DNA of 64,000 nt from Bacteroidota bacterium (lineage in GTDB: Bacteria; Bacteroidota; Bacteroidia; UKL13-3): contig CANGVA010000001.1 in assembly GCA_947457395.1 (NCBI GenBank), forward strand, positions 195,687-259,686. The letters run 5' to 3'. Every line of letters begins with the position of its first letter. Within the stretch, counting starts at the first letter, position 1. Positions 7,622 to 19,500 of this stretch are shown piece after piece. The notes beneath the pieces are model-generated. The model had not been told where the DNA came from and did not search any database. It saw nothing but the letters and a program-made list of their open reading frames with translations. The position numbers and the translations under genes were made by a program.

Positions 7622-9745
7622 TTACTTCACCTCAGCCTGCAGGTTCCAGAGTACAAAACCCCAGAAATCAGCTGCATCTTCAACCAGTTTGGCAGTAGGC
7701 TTGCCTGCACCGTGGCCTGCCTTGCTATCAATTCTGATAAGCACCGGATTGCCATCTTTGGCTTGTTTGGCTTGCAGTTCTGCCGCAAGTTTAAAACTAT
7801 GGGCTGGCACCACACGGTCATCATGATCGGCTGTCATAATCATGGTGGCCGGATAATTTACACCTGCTTTAACATTGTGCAGAGGTGAGTATTTAATCAG
7901 GTAATCAAACTGCTCTTTCTTTTCACTGCTGCCATACTCAACAGCCCAGCCCCAGCCTATGGTAAATTTATGGTAACGCAACATATCCAACACACCCACT
8001 GCAGGGATGGCTACTTTAAACAGTTCCGGACGTTGGGTCATACAGGCACCTACCAGCAAGCCACCGTTGCTGCCACCGTTTATGGCTAATTTAGCTGATG
8101 AGGTATATTTTTCCTGTATCAAATATTCTGCAGCTGCAATAAAATCATCAAATACATGTTGTTTGTTATCCAACATGCCTGCTTTGTGCCAATCTTCGCC
8201 ATACTCACCTCCGCCTCTTAAATTGGCAATAGCATAAACACCACCTTGTTCCAGAAACATGATGCGTGAGATGCTGAAGGATGGGGTTAGGCTAATGTTA
8301 AAACCTCCATAGCCATACAATAAGGTTGGGTTATTACCATTGAGTGTAATACCTTTTTTATACATGATGAACATAGGAATTTTAGTGCCATCTTTTGACG
8401 GATAAAAAACCTGTTTTGTCTCAAATTGGCTGGCATCAAATGCCAATTCTGTTTTTCTGAATAATTCAGATTTGCCTGTAGCCATGTCATAGTGATAAAT
8501 TTCACCCGGGTTGGTAAATGAGGTAAACGTGTAAAATGCTTCTGTATCCTCAGATTCACCGGAAATACCGCTGGCTGTGCCAATTCCTGGCAGGGTAATT
8601 TCGGTTTTATTTTCACCACTCAATGCAAAGCGATACAAGCGTGTGCTGGCATCTTTTAAATAGGTAGCAAACAATTGGCCCCCGCAGGTAGAAGCACCTT
8701 CCAGTAAGTCTTCATTTTGCGGAATAATATCTTTCCAGTTTTGCGCTTCAGGCTTCAATGGATCAACCTCAACCAAGCGGTAGCGCGGTGCATCCTTATC
8801 CGTGAGCGCTAGTATTTTGTCGCCCACATTATCAACTACAGAATAGTTGTTCTCAAACCCTTTAAACAACGTTCTAAATGATTTTTCATTTTTAGATAAA
8901 TCCTGAATGAGTATTTCAGAACCCGAAGTTCCTTCACTTACACTGATGATCAAGTATCGCTCATCTTCTGTTATACCTGCATTAAAATAGCGCAAAGGGT
9001 GTGCTTTATCTTCAAATATAAGTTTATCTGCAGATTGTGGCTTGCCCATTTCATGGTAATAAATTTTCATATACTCATTGGCATTGCTAAATTCTTTGCC
9101 TTTGCCGGGCTCATCATACCTGCTGTAATAAAATCCGTTTTTATACCAGGTTGCTCCACTGAATTTAACCCACTGTATCAAATCTGATGTTTTTTCTTTA
9201 GTAGCGGCATTCAATACAAATATTTCGTTCCAGTCGCTGCCACTTTTGGCTATACCTACGGCACAATATTGGTGGTCTTTACTAAAAGTGAGGCTTGCCA
9301 AAGAAACAGTTCCGTCTTCGCTCAAGGTATTGGGATCAAGAAACACTTCCGGTTCTCCATTTAATCCTTGTTGGCGATAAAGCACACTTTGATTTTGCAA
9401 ACCATTGTTTTTAAAGAAATAGTAATAATTACCTTCTTTAAACGGGGCAGAGTATTTAGGATAGTCCCAAATTTGGGTAAGTCTTTTTTTCAGTTGATCA
9501 CGATAGGGTATTTGTGATAGGTAATGCTGTGTTACTTCGTTTTGGGCTTTTACCCAGGCTTCCACATCTGCAGTTGTATCATTTTCCAGCCAACGGTAGG
9601 GATCGGCAATTGTTGTTCCAAAATAATTATCACTTACATTCTCTTTTTTGGTTTCCGGGTATGGCTTCATGGCAATAGTGGCTTGTTCTTTTTTTCCGCA
9701 GGCAATGACCAAAGTCATCAGGGTAATAAAACTTATATTTTTCAT
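7622..9745 (-). CDS. Prolyl oligopeptidase (S9A), probable lipoprotein
   Basis: DPYRWLE, catalytic GGSNGG, DDRV and AGHG motifs; lipobox-like LVIAC. Confidence 0.95.
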   Translation of the reverse strand: MKNISFITLMTLVIACGKKEQATIAMKPYPETKKENVSDNYFGTTIADPYRWLENDTTADVEAWVKAQNEVTQHYLSQIPYRDQLKKRLTQIWDYPKYSAPFKEGNYYYFFKNNGLQNQSVLYRQQGLNGEPEVFLDPNTLSEDGTVSLASLTFSKDHQYCAVGIAKSGSDWNEIFVLNAATKEKTSDLIQWVKFSGATWYKNGFYYSRYDEPGKGKEFSNANEYMKIYYHEMGKPQSADKLIFEDKAHPLRYFNAGITEDERYLIISVSEGTSGSEILIQDLSKNEKSFRTLFKGFENNYSVVDNVGDKILALTDKDAPRYRLVEVDPLKPEAQNWKDIIPQNEDLLEGASTCGGQLFATYLKDASTRLYRFALSGENKTEITLPGIGTASGISGESEDTEAFYTFTSFTNPGEIYHYDMATGKSELFRKTELAFDASQFETKQVFYPSKDGTKIPMFIMYKKGITLNGNNPTLLYGYGGFNISLTPSFSISRIMFLEQGGVYAIANLRGGGEYGEDWHKAGMLDNKQHVFDDFIAAAEYLIQEKYTSSAKLAINGGSNGGLLVGACMTQRPELFKVAIPAVGVLDMLRYHKFTIGWGWAVEYGSSEKKEQFDYLIKYSPLHNVKAGVNYPATMIMTADHDDRVVPAHSFKLAAELQAKQAKDGNPVLIRIDSKAGHGAGKPTAKLVEDAADFWGFVLWNLQAEVK

Positions 9746-9767
9746 TGTATGAATTAATTTCTTATTT

Positions 9768-9775
9768 CAAATGTA
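9768..9775 (-). promoter_or_regulatory. -7 box TACATTTG upstream of prolyl oligopeptidase
   Basis: Exact TAnnTTTG. Confidence 0.6.
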
Positions 9776-9812
9776 TCTGATACTATTAATATCGCATCAC
9801 CGCTTATCAAAA

Positions 9813-10427
9813 TTATGTTAATTTCAGAAGATGAGCGGTATCATTTGCTCGGATGAGCTTACTGTTTTCTGTATGTGCATGCACCTCATACAAACAAAGG
9901 TTGCTATGCTGAAACTGCTCCATTTTGGTTAACGGCTCGTTGAGCAGCAAGCACAACAAACTTTTCATGGCACGGCCATGCATGCAAATCAGAATCTCGG
10001 AGGCGGGCTGATTTAATATGATATCCAAAGCTTGCTTCTGTCTTTCCTGTATTTCAATCGGGCTTTCTCCATTAGGTATTTTGGCGTGCAGATCACCGTT
10101 ATTCCATTTATTTATTATTTCCCAGTATATGGCTTTTTGTTCCGGTGTTTGTTGTTTGCCTTCAAAGTCGCCCCAGCTAATTTCATTTAATTGGGGTAGT
10201 ATGGTATGCGGAGTGCTGTTTTCAATAAAACCTGCAACACTCTGCTGGCTCCGAGTTAGTGCAGATGTAAATACATGCTCAAAAGGATATTCTTTATAAA
10301 ACGCATGGAATGCCCGTGCCTGTTTTAAGCCAATTTCGTTTAAAGGTGTATCTACTCCACTGCCCTGTACAATGTTTAACCGGTTAAATTCAGTTTCACC
10401 ATGCCTGATGATAAATAGCTTTTTCAT
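9813..10427 (-). CDS. Histidine phosphatase (phosphoglycerate mutase-like) family protein
   Basis: RHGET motif, LNEISWG, GES and HG motifs. Confidence 0.92.
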   Translation of the reverse strand: MKKLFIIRHGETEFNRLNIVQGSGVDTPLNEIGLKQARAFHAFYKEYPFEHVFTSALTRSQQSVAGFIENSTPHTILPQLNEISWGDFEGKQQTPEQKAIYWEIINKWNNGDLHAKIPNGESPIEIQERQKQALDIILNQPASEILICMHGRAMKSLLCLLLNEPLTKMEQFQHSNLCLYEVHAHTENSKLIRANDTAHLLKLT

Positions 10428-10623
10428 GTGCAGCGTTTAAACGTTTATTTCAGCGCTTACCAAACTTAGTTTGTACCATAACCCATTTCATTTTGGTATT
10501 TGCCTCTGCGAATATAAACAAAGCCTTACTTCAGGTGTTGTGTTAGATAAATAAATAAAGATAGAACATACACTTATCTGTGAGGTACCATGTTTTTATT
10601 ATTTTGCACACAAATTACAGGAT

Positions 10624-11085
10624 ATGATAATTTTTAAAAAAGAGGGCGTAACCCTGGAGGCCATTACCAAACGTAATGAGCATACCATGGCCCAGTGGAT
10701 TGGTATTGAGTTTACTGAGTTGGGTGATGATTACCTGAAGGCGCGCATGCCCGTTGATCACAGAACGGTTCAGCCGCTTCATGTGGTGAACGGTGGTGCT
10801 TATTGTGCCCTGGCAGAAACCGTGGGCAGCATGGCAGCTAATTTGTGTATTGACAGGGATAAATATGTTGCGCTAGGACTGGATATAAATGCCAACCATG
10901 TGCGCTCAGCTTCAAAAGGCTTTGTTCATGGTACAGCTAAGCCTTTGCATCTTGGCAGAACCACACAGGTGTGGGAAATACGCATTACGGATGATGAAGA
11001 TAAATTATGTTGCATAAGCCGACTTACCATGTCGGTTATAGAAATAAAAAATGATAACAGAGGATTTAATCCGCCAAAGGTTTAA
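10624..11085 (+). CDS. menI: Hotdog-fold thioesterase, probable DHNA-CoA hydrolase (MenI/YdiI-like)
   Basis: ARMPVD..QP..NGGA..LAETVGS, GLDINANH; directly upstream of isochorismate synthase. Confidence 0.7.
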   Translation: MIIFKKEGVTLEAITKRNEHTMAQWIGIEFTELGDDYLKARMPVDHRTVQPLHVVNGGAYCALAETVGSMAANLCIDRDKYVALGLDINANHVRSASKGFVHGTAKPLHLGRTTQVWEIRITDDEDKLCCISRLTMSVIEIKNDNRGFNPPKV

Positions 11086-12130
11086 GCAAGGAGAGCATTA
11101 TAATTTTGCTGCTTGCCGCTTGCCCAATTCAGAAAAAGTATATTTTTTTTATGCTGATAGGGTAGCAAAGCTTGCACGACTTACCTATGAAACCGAAGGT
11201 CTGTGTGATTTTGTATTCTCTCCTTATGCTGCCGGCTGTCAGGCTTACATAATGCAGGCGGGAGCCGTTTTTGTTAATGATGAATTATTGCACGGAGATA
11301 TAAGTGATTTGCAACCTGTAATTAAATCAATTGCTGAGCCTGTTAATTTTGAAGCGGATTCCGAATTTTATACCACCTATGTTAACGCTATTGTATCATA
11401 CATAGAAAATGACGGAGCGGATAAAATTGTAGCAGCCAGAGCTGTAAACCAAAAGTTATCGGATTCATTCAATCATGCTCATTTTTTTATTACCTTGTTG
11501 CAGCAGTATCCACATGCAATGGTATACTATGTAAACCATGCCGAATGGGGATGTTGGTTTGGAGCAACTCCGGAGTTGTTAATGCATGCAGCAGGAAATG
11601 AAATCGCAACCATGTCGCTGGCAGGCACCATGCCTGCAGATTCGAAGGCAGCCTGGGGTGAAAAAGAGTTGCAGGAGCAGGCCATGGTAACAGATTTTCT
11701 GGAACAAATTTTTGAGCAGTATAAATTGCCGGTAGTTTTTTCAGAAAATTCCGAGATTACTTCAGGCGCCATTAAGCATTTGTGCACCCAATTAACGGTG
11801 AAAACAGGGTCTGATAAGTTGGTAAAACTATTTCATAAGATATTGGCAGATATCAATCCAACGCCTGCTGTTTGTGGTTTTCCCCAATTTGATGCCTCTG
11901 TTTTTATAGGGAAGCATGAAAAATTGGAGCGCAGGTTTTACAGTGGATTTTTAGGAATTAAACAAGCAAACAGCATGGATTTATACGTTAATCTGCGTTG
12001 CATGGAAGTTGGGACAAAGAGCGCAATATTATATGCCGGGGCAGGAATAACGAATTATTCCTCCCCGACAAAAGAATGGAATGAAACCAATAATAAATTA
12101 AAGGTTCTGGGTAGCTTGATTAATGTTTGA
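11051..12130 (+). CDS. menF: Isochorismate synthase (chorismate-binding enzyme)
   Basis: KIVAAR, GATPELL, SLAGT, KELQEQ, PTPAVCG, RRFYSGFLG, VNLRC, YAGAGI. Confidence 0.85.
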   Translation: MITEDLIRQRFKQGEHYNFAACRLPNSEKVYFFYADRVAKLARLTYETEGLCDFVFSPYAAGCQAYIMQAGAVFVNDELLHGDISDLQPVIKSIAEPVNFEADSEFYTTYVNAIVSYIENDGADKIVAARAVNQKLSDSFNHAHFFITLLQQYPHAMVYYVNHAEWGCWFGATPELLMHAAGNEIATMSLAGTMPADSKAAWGEKELQEQAMVTDFLEQIFEQYKLPVVFSENSEITSGAIKHLCTQLTVKTGSDKLVKLFHKILADINPTPAVCGFPQFDASVFIGKHEKLERRFYSGFLGIKQANSMDLYVNLRCMEVGTKSAILYAGAGITNYSSPTKEWNETNNKLKVLGSLINV

Positions 12131-13337
12131 TGAGTATACGCTTGCTGTAAAGTGTTTCCTCGCCTGATAAGTTAAGCAGATACAAGCCATCATTTAAATG
12201 GGCAATATCAATCGTTTGATTGGCTGATGACCAACTGCCACTTTCGATGGTTTTACCATTGATATCGGTTAACGTATAGCGTAGGTTTTCAGTATGGCCC
12301 GGTATACGAATATTCAACACGTTTGATGCAGGATTAGGATAAACCAATACATCCATATTTGTTTTTGAAATTTGTTTCACGGATGAAACGATGGCTCCTG
12401 TATATACACCATAAAAGAAATCAGCTACATATTTAACTGTTGTATCCATATAGGAAGCATTAAATGAAAACGGCACGTGATCCTGACCTTTGAAAGTACG
12501 CAGGCGAGAGTTGATGCCATTTAACTTAGCAGCAGAATCAATGCTGAAACTTCCTTGCAGAAAACTTACCCTGTTACCCATGTAAAAAAAATCAGCACTG
12601 CCGTAGGGTACGGTCTGATCCTGATCGCCATGAACATGGCATAGAGGTACTGTTTTTTTATCATACATCCAGGTTACACTCTTAAGCGCACCGGATAAAT
12701 TAGCGATAGCAGCAACATCAGAAGAATAGCCCGGGTTGCCTGTATTGCCTTCAAATCCTCCAAGGAATGCAGTATCTATTCCTAGCCCTGCAAGTTCAGC
12801 TGGTTTATCTAAAAAGGTCATCTGTAATCCAAGCACACCACCTGCAGATACACCGGCAAAATAGATCATATTGGGGTTAATCTTATAAGCGTTACCTGTT
12901 GCGGCATGTTTGCGTAAAAAGCGAACAGCAGCTCTGCCATCTTGCTGGCCTCTCCAAACAGCTTGCGTAAATTCAATTTCAAATCCCAGACCTGAAAACG
13001 GATTAATTCCCTGACGATATTGGATAGACGCAGTTACATAGCCTCTTTTTGCGAATTGGCGGCACAGATGCACTACGTCAGGCAACCTGCGGTCGCCATT
13101 AATAAAAGATCCACCATGTGCAATAACAATGACAGGGCGTGAGGTTGCAGTATCTCCTTGAGGCTGGTAAATATCCATTACCAAGTCTTGAGCAATATTT
13201 AGCACATTTTTATTGTTTCCGTAAGTTACGTTGCTATCTACCTTTACGTTGGCAAAGATGCTATCGAGGAATCTGGTTTGTGCATACGAGAGCGTGTACA
13301 TGAAAGTTGTTGCACAGATGAGTAGTAGTTTTTTCAT
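12120..13337 (-). CDS. Secreted alpha/beta-hydrolase (carboxylesterase) with T9SS type-A CTD
   Basis: HGGSF oxyanion motif, GVSAG nucleophile, HGDQD, GQDHVP; CTD VYPNPAS...GLYLL...KRILIKH. Confidence 0.92.
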   Translation of the reverse strand: MKKLLLICATTFMYTLSYAQTRFLDSIFANVKVDSNVTYGNNKNVLNIAQDLVMDIYQPQGDTATSRPVIVIAHGGSFINGDRRLPDVVHLCRQFAKRGYVTASIQYRQGINPFSGLGFEIEFTQAVWRGQQDGRAAVRFLRKHAATGNAYKINPNMIYFAGVSAGGVLGLQMTFLDKPAELAGLGIDTAFLGGFEGNTGNPGYSSDVAAIANLSGALKSVTWMYDKKTVPLCHVHGDQDQTVPYGSADFFYMGNRVSFLQGSFSIDSAAKLNGINSRLRTFKGQDHVPFSFNASYMDTTVKYVADFFYGVYTGAIVSSVKQISKTNMDVLVYPNPASNVLNIRIPGHTENLRYTLTDINGKTIESGSWSSANQTIDIAHLNDGLYLLNLSGEETLYSKRILIKH

Positions 13338-13508
13338 ATGATTATAAGATTAAGTTTAAGCGAATATATAAATATGTTTCAATATCAAATGTTTAATATA
13401 AAAATGAATCTAACATGATATCGTTAATTACGGGCGTGATGCTCAGTTGATGCAGTTACGCCAACTAATTTAATGTTATCTGAGAAAAGCAATTTAACCG
13501 ATGCGTGT

Positions 13509-16500
13509 TTATTGGATGGTATATCTTAATGATATACCGCCACTTTGGATAATGGTAGGGAAAGAGTTGGAAGTTGCAGGATCGGTTCTGCGGTAACTAT
13601 AAAAAATACGCATCATCAATTTCTCATTAAAATTATAATCAATTTGCGGTTTTAAATCATAAATAACTTGTCCTTGCACAGGGTCATTGGACTCACGATC
13701 GAGGTAACGTATTTTGGTGATATTGTTTCTGATGGAAAAGTCGATGCGGAAGTTTACTTCATTTTCAAGCACAAGCCTTCTTCCATTTCCTCCAAGCAAT
13801 GGTATGGCAAGGTTACTTGCTCTGTAACCAGCGCCAACAACCCATTCACTGCCTGTTTGCTCATTTAGCTGCCCGTTGGTTAACGTAAAGTTCAGGGTTC
13901 TGTCTTTTTTGTATTCTACTTTTGCTTGGATATTATTTACGAACGTAATGTCAATACCAAGGAATGGCCCCCATCTCTCGGTAATGGATATTTGCCTTAT
14001 CTGGTACTTAGATGCATAATCGCCTGTGAAATTTGGAGCAGCATTGGTATCTCCTGGCAAGATTGTTTGAAACGCCCCTACATTATAGCTGGATGTATAT
14101 TGATTGGAGATTGTGATATTACTGGCATATTCTTTTATCATCTCAATCTTTGTTAGGCCATTATAAGTAATGCGCCAATTCAAATCAGGTATTTTAGGGA
14201 ATGGCGTTAATCCAATGGCTGCTGCATCCTCACCGCCATATGCTGCCAGGAAAGCAGGAATTAAAACTTCCTGTGAGGCTCTGCTGTATCCGCGTGGGAA
14301 TCCGGTACTGTCTGCACCGCCACCGGGCTGTTCAGGATTTTGGCCCAAGCGGTTTGCAATAATGATGCGGTTCTCCTGAAAGCGTTTAAAGGCCTCCTCA
14401 GGATTAGTAAATGCAGTTCCCAGGGCATTGTAACTGATTGAGTAGTTTCCTGTTTGGGTTGGCACATTCACATCAACAAATTGTTTCTGAATGCTATCAT
14501 AACGGAATAATACACTTGTTTGCAGTGAGCGCTGACTTTGCATATTCAGTTCAATTCTAAAATCGGTTATAGGCTCAAGCGTAGCTCTACCTGTTATATT
14601 TTCTCTGAAGTCTTCCGTGTAAAAGTTGGTAATACGCGGGTCATTGCTCAGCCATCCGTTTTCCGCGGCTCTGTATCGATAGTTAGGGTCCTGCATGGCT
14701 AGTATAAAGTCAAATCCCGGGCCATCATTATCAAAATTCTGACCCAGATACTGAGGTCTTGTTTTAAAGCCGGGCAGCACAACTCCACGATTTGTTGTAT
14801 GGGCAAATGTGAGGTTCTTTAAACTTGTGATGAGTTTTATTGGAATGCTCACCAGTGGGCTATAATTTTTTGGGCTGTTATCTTCTTTTTTCTTTTTTGT
14901 TTTACTATCTTTTTTGTTTGGTTTTTTTTTCTCTTCTTCCTCTTCAGCCGGTTTGCGTGCAGTTTTCTTTGCAGGGTTATTAATATCGCGCAGGAACTTC
15001 CATTTATTGTATAATAGTGACATGTTTAAATTAAAATTCCATGCTTCTGTTTTTGCGTTTGAAATGGTGTTACCTAAACTATCTGCTGCAGGTGGTGCTT
15101 GTTTCCACTGATAGTTTACGGTATAACTATAGGCGGATTGTGAAATAAAATTAAGTTGCTGGATTTTATTTAAAGGTATGTTGTAATTGAACCTGATGGC
15201 CTGATCAAATTGCATCAGCCTTCCGCCATTCCAGAAGTTATTCCACATGGAATCGCGCTTAGACGGTGTATTTTCATCTATTTGTCCCAACGGTTCATCA
15301 ACCCTTGCAAGCGCAGTTGCATTATAATCAACCCTGATACTTTTAGATAAGCTGTAACTAAATTCATAATAGCGTGTCATGGTAAACATCTTATCATACA
15401 AAGGTTGTATAATGGTGTTTGGATTATCATTGTTTCTGTTAATGGTAACCCCGTATCTTCTGTCTGTTTCAACTCTTGCACCCCATGCCTGTGGCAGGAA
15501 AAACAGATTAAAGTCTTTAAGAAGTGTAAGCTGTTTAGATTTAATAAGTTTACTAAAGGGTTCCCATGGTTTTGGACTAAAACTGTATTGATATGCAGAG
15601 ATGGATCTGTAATTCTGAAGAATATAGTATTCCATTGTCTGATTTCTTCTGAATGTTTCGCTAAATGAGTAGGTGAAATTAAAGTTTTCAATGTCCCATA
15701 AATGTGGCTTGGAAGCACCAATTCGGTTTTTGCGCACATTGGTAAAATTAAGGCTTCTTCTGGCTGTAAAATCATCTGCCGCTCTTGCAATTCTGTTTCT
15801 CCGGTCTTCATCTGTTGTTTCATCAATTTCTTTTTGCAGCCTTGTATCCGGATTAAGTGGATTATAAAATGGTCTCACAAGAGTATTGCCGTATGATAAG
15901 AAGACAGGTATAGACAATCCAAGATTTTTTGGCAGGAATTTACCCAACTCAAAACTTCCCTGTACATCATACTGATAGGTGTCATCGAACGTGCGTTCAT
16001 TTATTTTTTTGTCTATCCCACCAAAGCCAACGGTGGTCATATTACCTGCAAGCTGCACATTACCAAAATCTGCCAGTTTTATCTGGGCTCTAGCTGTTGC
16101 TGCCCAACCACCATTGTTATTAAATTCGGTTGCACGCATTTCATTAAACCAAACTTCTGCACATTTCGGTAAGCCATCATCATTACTTCCGGGGAATGCC
16201 CGCGGATTTCGAACGCCCAGCATCATTACTCTTAAATTACTTAAATCAGGCAATCCCACCACCCTGATTTTTCTATTATTCCCAAGGTTACGTGTATATA
16301 CAGCAGTAAACGGATGGTTGGCGTTGGTTCTTTGTATTTTTGTATTTATCAGTTCTTCTAACTCAAGTACCATTTCATTCTCAGAAGGCCAGATATTAGA
16401 TGCACTGGCATCTCCCAGCATAGATGCTTTCAGTGGTATTTCATATTCATAATAATTGTTGGTAAGATCTGTTCCCAAGCGCACAAATGCCGTGAGGTCA

Positions 16501-19500
16501 CCATCATTCAGTGAAGTACCTTCTGCATGAATAAACATTCTAAGTTTTCCATATCTTCTCAAATCAACATTAGTCACATTTTTAAATACCCCTCTGGCAT
16601 CTGCATCTTTAAGATTACAAACCTGAACCGATAATGACTGTTCGTTTTGCTGAATGGCTTGCGGAGCACTGAAATCCAGTTCCCGTTGTATGCCCGGAGG
16701 TGTAATGTATGGTATGGGCACACGAAAACGATTTTCTTCAATATTTACGGTAGACACCACAAATTTGGTTTCATCATCCGGATCGCTGGGTTTATTTTCT
16801 TTTCCTTCTTCAAGGTTTCCAAGATACTTTCTCCAATCGGCACGTACCAATTGGAATGCACCAAAACGCAACATCATTTCTTCTTCAAAACCGCGCATAA
16901 ATACGCGCATAAAACGAATGGATTTAAAATCAAGAATTTGGCCTACTTGTTTTTCATATTCTCTTATTGGAACTTTTAATTGATACCATGTAACCTGCTC
17001 ACTGGTTCCATTTTCAAGCCTTACGGTTGTAACCACACTATCGGTTACATAATTCTGCCCAACAACCAATCTTTCTTTGCTAATGTCAATGCGATACTGG
17101 TAATATTCTTCAATGTCGTTTAATGTATAGTCTCTGTTTATATCTTCCATATCAGGTACGTTGGTAGCAACGGGTGGAGGAGATGCGGTTGATACAGGTG
17201 AGTTGCCCTGTGTATTGGAGAAGTAACGAAAACGTTCGAGAATGGAAGGTGAACTCACACCAAGATAAAACTGAAAATTATCTTTTGACGGATCCAGATT
17301 GGCTTGTTGATAAGCAACGGAGGAGGTGCCATATAAATTGGCTACTTGTTGTAAATAGTTATTACTGAAATGTAACCGTTCTGCATCATCATTTAGTCCG
17401 TCTAATCCTACATCCTGTATTTCTCTTGATGCAGGGTCGGCATCAAAGGCATAGTTAATTACAGGTTGTCTGGTAACGCGGCCCCAAACCGTAGTATCAA
17501 CTATCAAACTCAGGTCATTTGCTCGTGGCAAACCATTTTCTGCAGCTTTGCGGTTATCACGCAGTACATCTTCAGAAATATTACCAAGGTTTATGTAAAG
17601 TTGTCCGCGATCATTTTGATTAGGATTAGACAGATACGGATCCAGCATCCATATTTCGATATAATCAATATTGGCAGCTTCAAAGTCATTCTGGTCAATC
17701 TTGCGCATCAGTCCGCCCCAGTTGTTTCGCGGATCTTTTAATGTACCATCTGCATTAAGGCCCGAAATAGTATAGTTAAAAGCTCCTCTTTCCTTGGGAT
17801 AAAAAGCAAGATCAAGCGTGGCAATATTTTGTGGCATACCTTGTTGTATCTGCCTGCTTGGATAAACTTCATTAACAAAAATTTGTCTTACCCTATGGTT
17901 TGAAAGCTCTTCGTCTGTAATTTCTGCTGGCCTAAAAGGATTTCCTTCCTGATAAAAATTTGTAGGAATAGAATACCATGATAATTGAGCACGCCTATAA
18001 CCGTAGGCTAAATCATTTAATAAGTTTCCTTCAGGGAATAAATCCGGTTGTCCTTGTGGTGTGCTTGCTAAAACCCAGTTGTTGGTTCCGCGCAAATCAA
18101 TCTGTGTTTCACTTCCTTCAAAATCGTCCAGATAGGCCGTACCTCCCTGTGCCAGTGCACCCTGTACGCCTGGAAATAAATGTGCATACTCAGCTGATAA
18201 GGTTAAGTCTGATTTCTCCTTTGTTTCAATAAATGGTAGCGCATCTACCAGTTTTGTGATAAGTCTGGATTCTGTTTTATATGAGCCATCTAAACCTATC
18301 ATTACATTGGAGATGGGTTCTTCATTTAAATTTACTTTTGGTGTGAGGGGTCTTTCATTTAACCATAATACTGTTCCCCCCATTAAAAAGTCTCGGTTCA
18401 CTTTATAATCAAATCTTGAACCCATTAAAGTTTTTTGCTGTATGCTAAACAATGAGTTACTTTCTGAAGATACTTTGATAATGGCACCTGAATTTAGTAG
18501 ACCCGTATTGATGATGCGCACGCGACCTATATTATAATCTACCGTAAAGTCAACGTTTTCCGTTAGCGGAGCGCCATTGGCAGTAACCCTAACAGATCCG
18601 CGCGGAACATTTGTTGAGTTTAGGGATATTTCATTTGTTGACTGCCCCTGATAGCTTCCGCGCAGGAAAAATTTATTGTATTGCGGCAATTGAATAGCAG
18701 CAAAGCGCGTGGAGTCATACAACTCAAAGAAGCAATAATAGCGTGCACGAGACGGATCGTTTACAAACTTTCGTTGCAAATATGTGCCGAAAGGTTCAAC
18801 CATAGGAAAAATGATTCGTCCTTGTTGGGTATTGATTGTAACACCTTCAATAAAATCAAATAAACCATCCGGAGCCCTTTCTTGCTGTGTGTTTAAATTA
18901 TCAAGATTAAATACGCTTACTAGAGGCACACCGCTTAACGAAGGTTCGTTTTGAGCAGGTATATAATTTAGATCTGCACCTGATGGGTCATCGGCATAAA
19001 TAATATTGAGGCGAAAATCTTTTTGTTGCACACCAAATGTTCCAAGGGAGTATATGTTTTTCATCATCAAATCCCAGATGGGCAAATCCGGTCTGAGCGA
19101 TGGGCCTTTGAGCATTTTGGTATATAACACATTTGGTTGCTGTGCATTAACAGGAACATCGGTTGTAAACTCTCCAACCTTATATACTTTGCCATTAAGA
19201 GTGTATTCAAAGGCCACGCACAGCACATCGTCATTATTCAATGTTTGATTAAGTGAGATATATCCCAATCTGGGGTTTACTGTGTATTCATTGGCACTAA
19301 GCAGGCGTGCATAACTAATCATCTGGTATTGTGAGATAGGCTGCAACTTGGTTTGGTTCTGGTCACGTAGTAATTGGTTTTGTACTTCAAAAGCTGAGCG
19401 CAGCGCATCTTTATTGGTTGCTATGGAGCGGCCTAGCAGGTAATCATACAACGAATTGGTTACATTATTCGGAAACGTATCAAATGGATTAGGATTTACC

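Noticed and set aside
14875-14985. Low-complexity Lys/Glu stretch in SprA
   Set aside because: Looks like an ordinary variable charged loop; the frame is intact.
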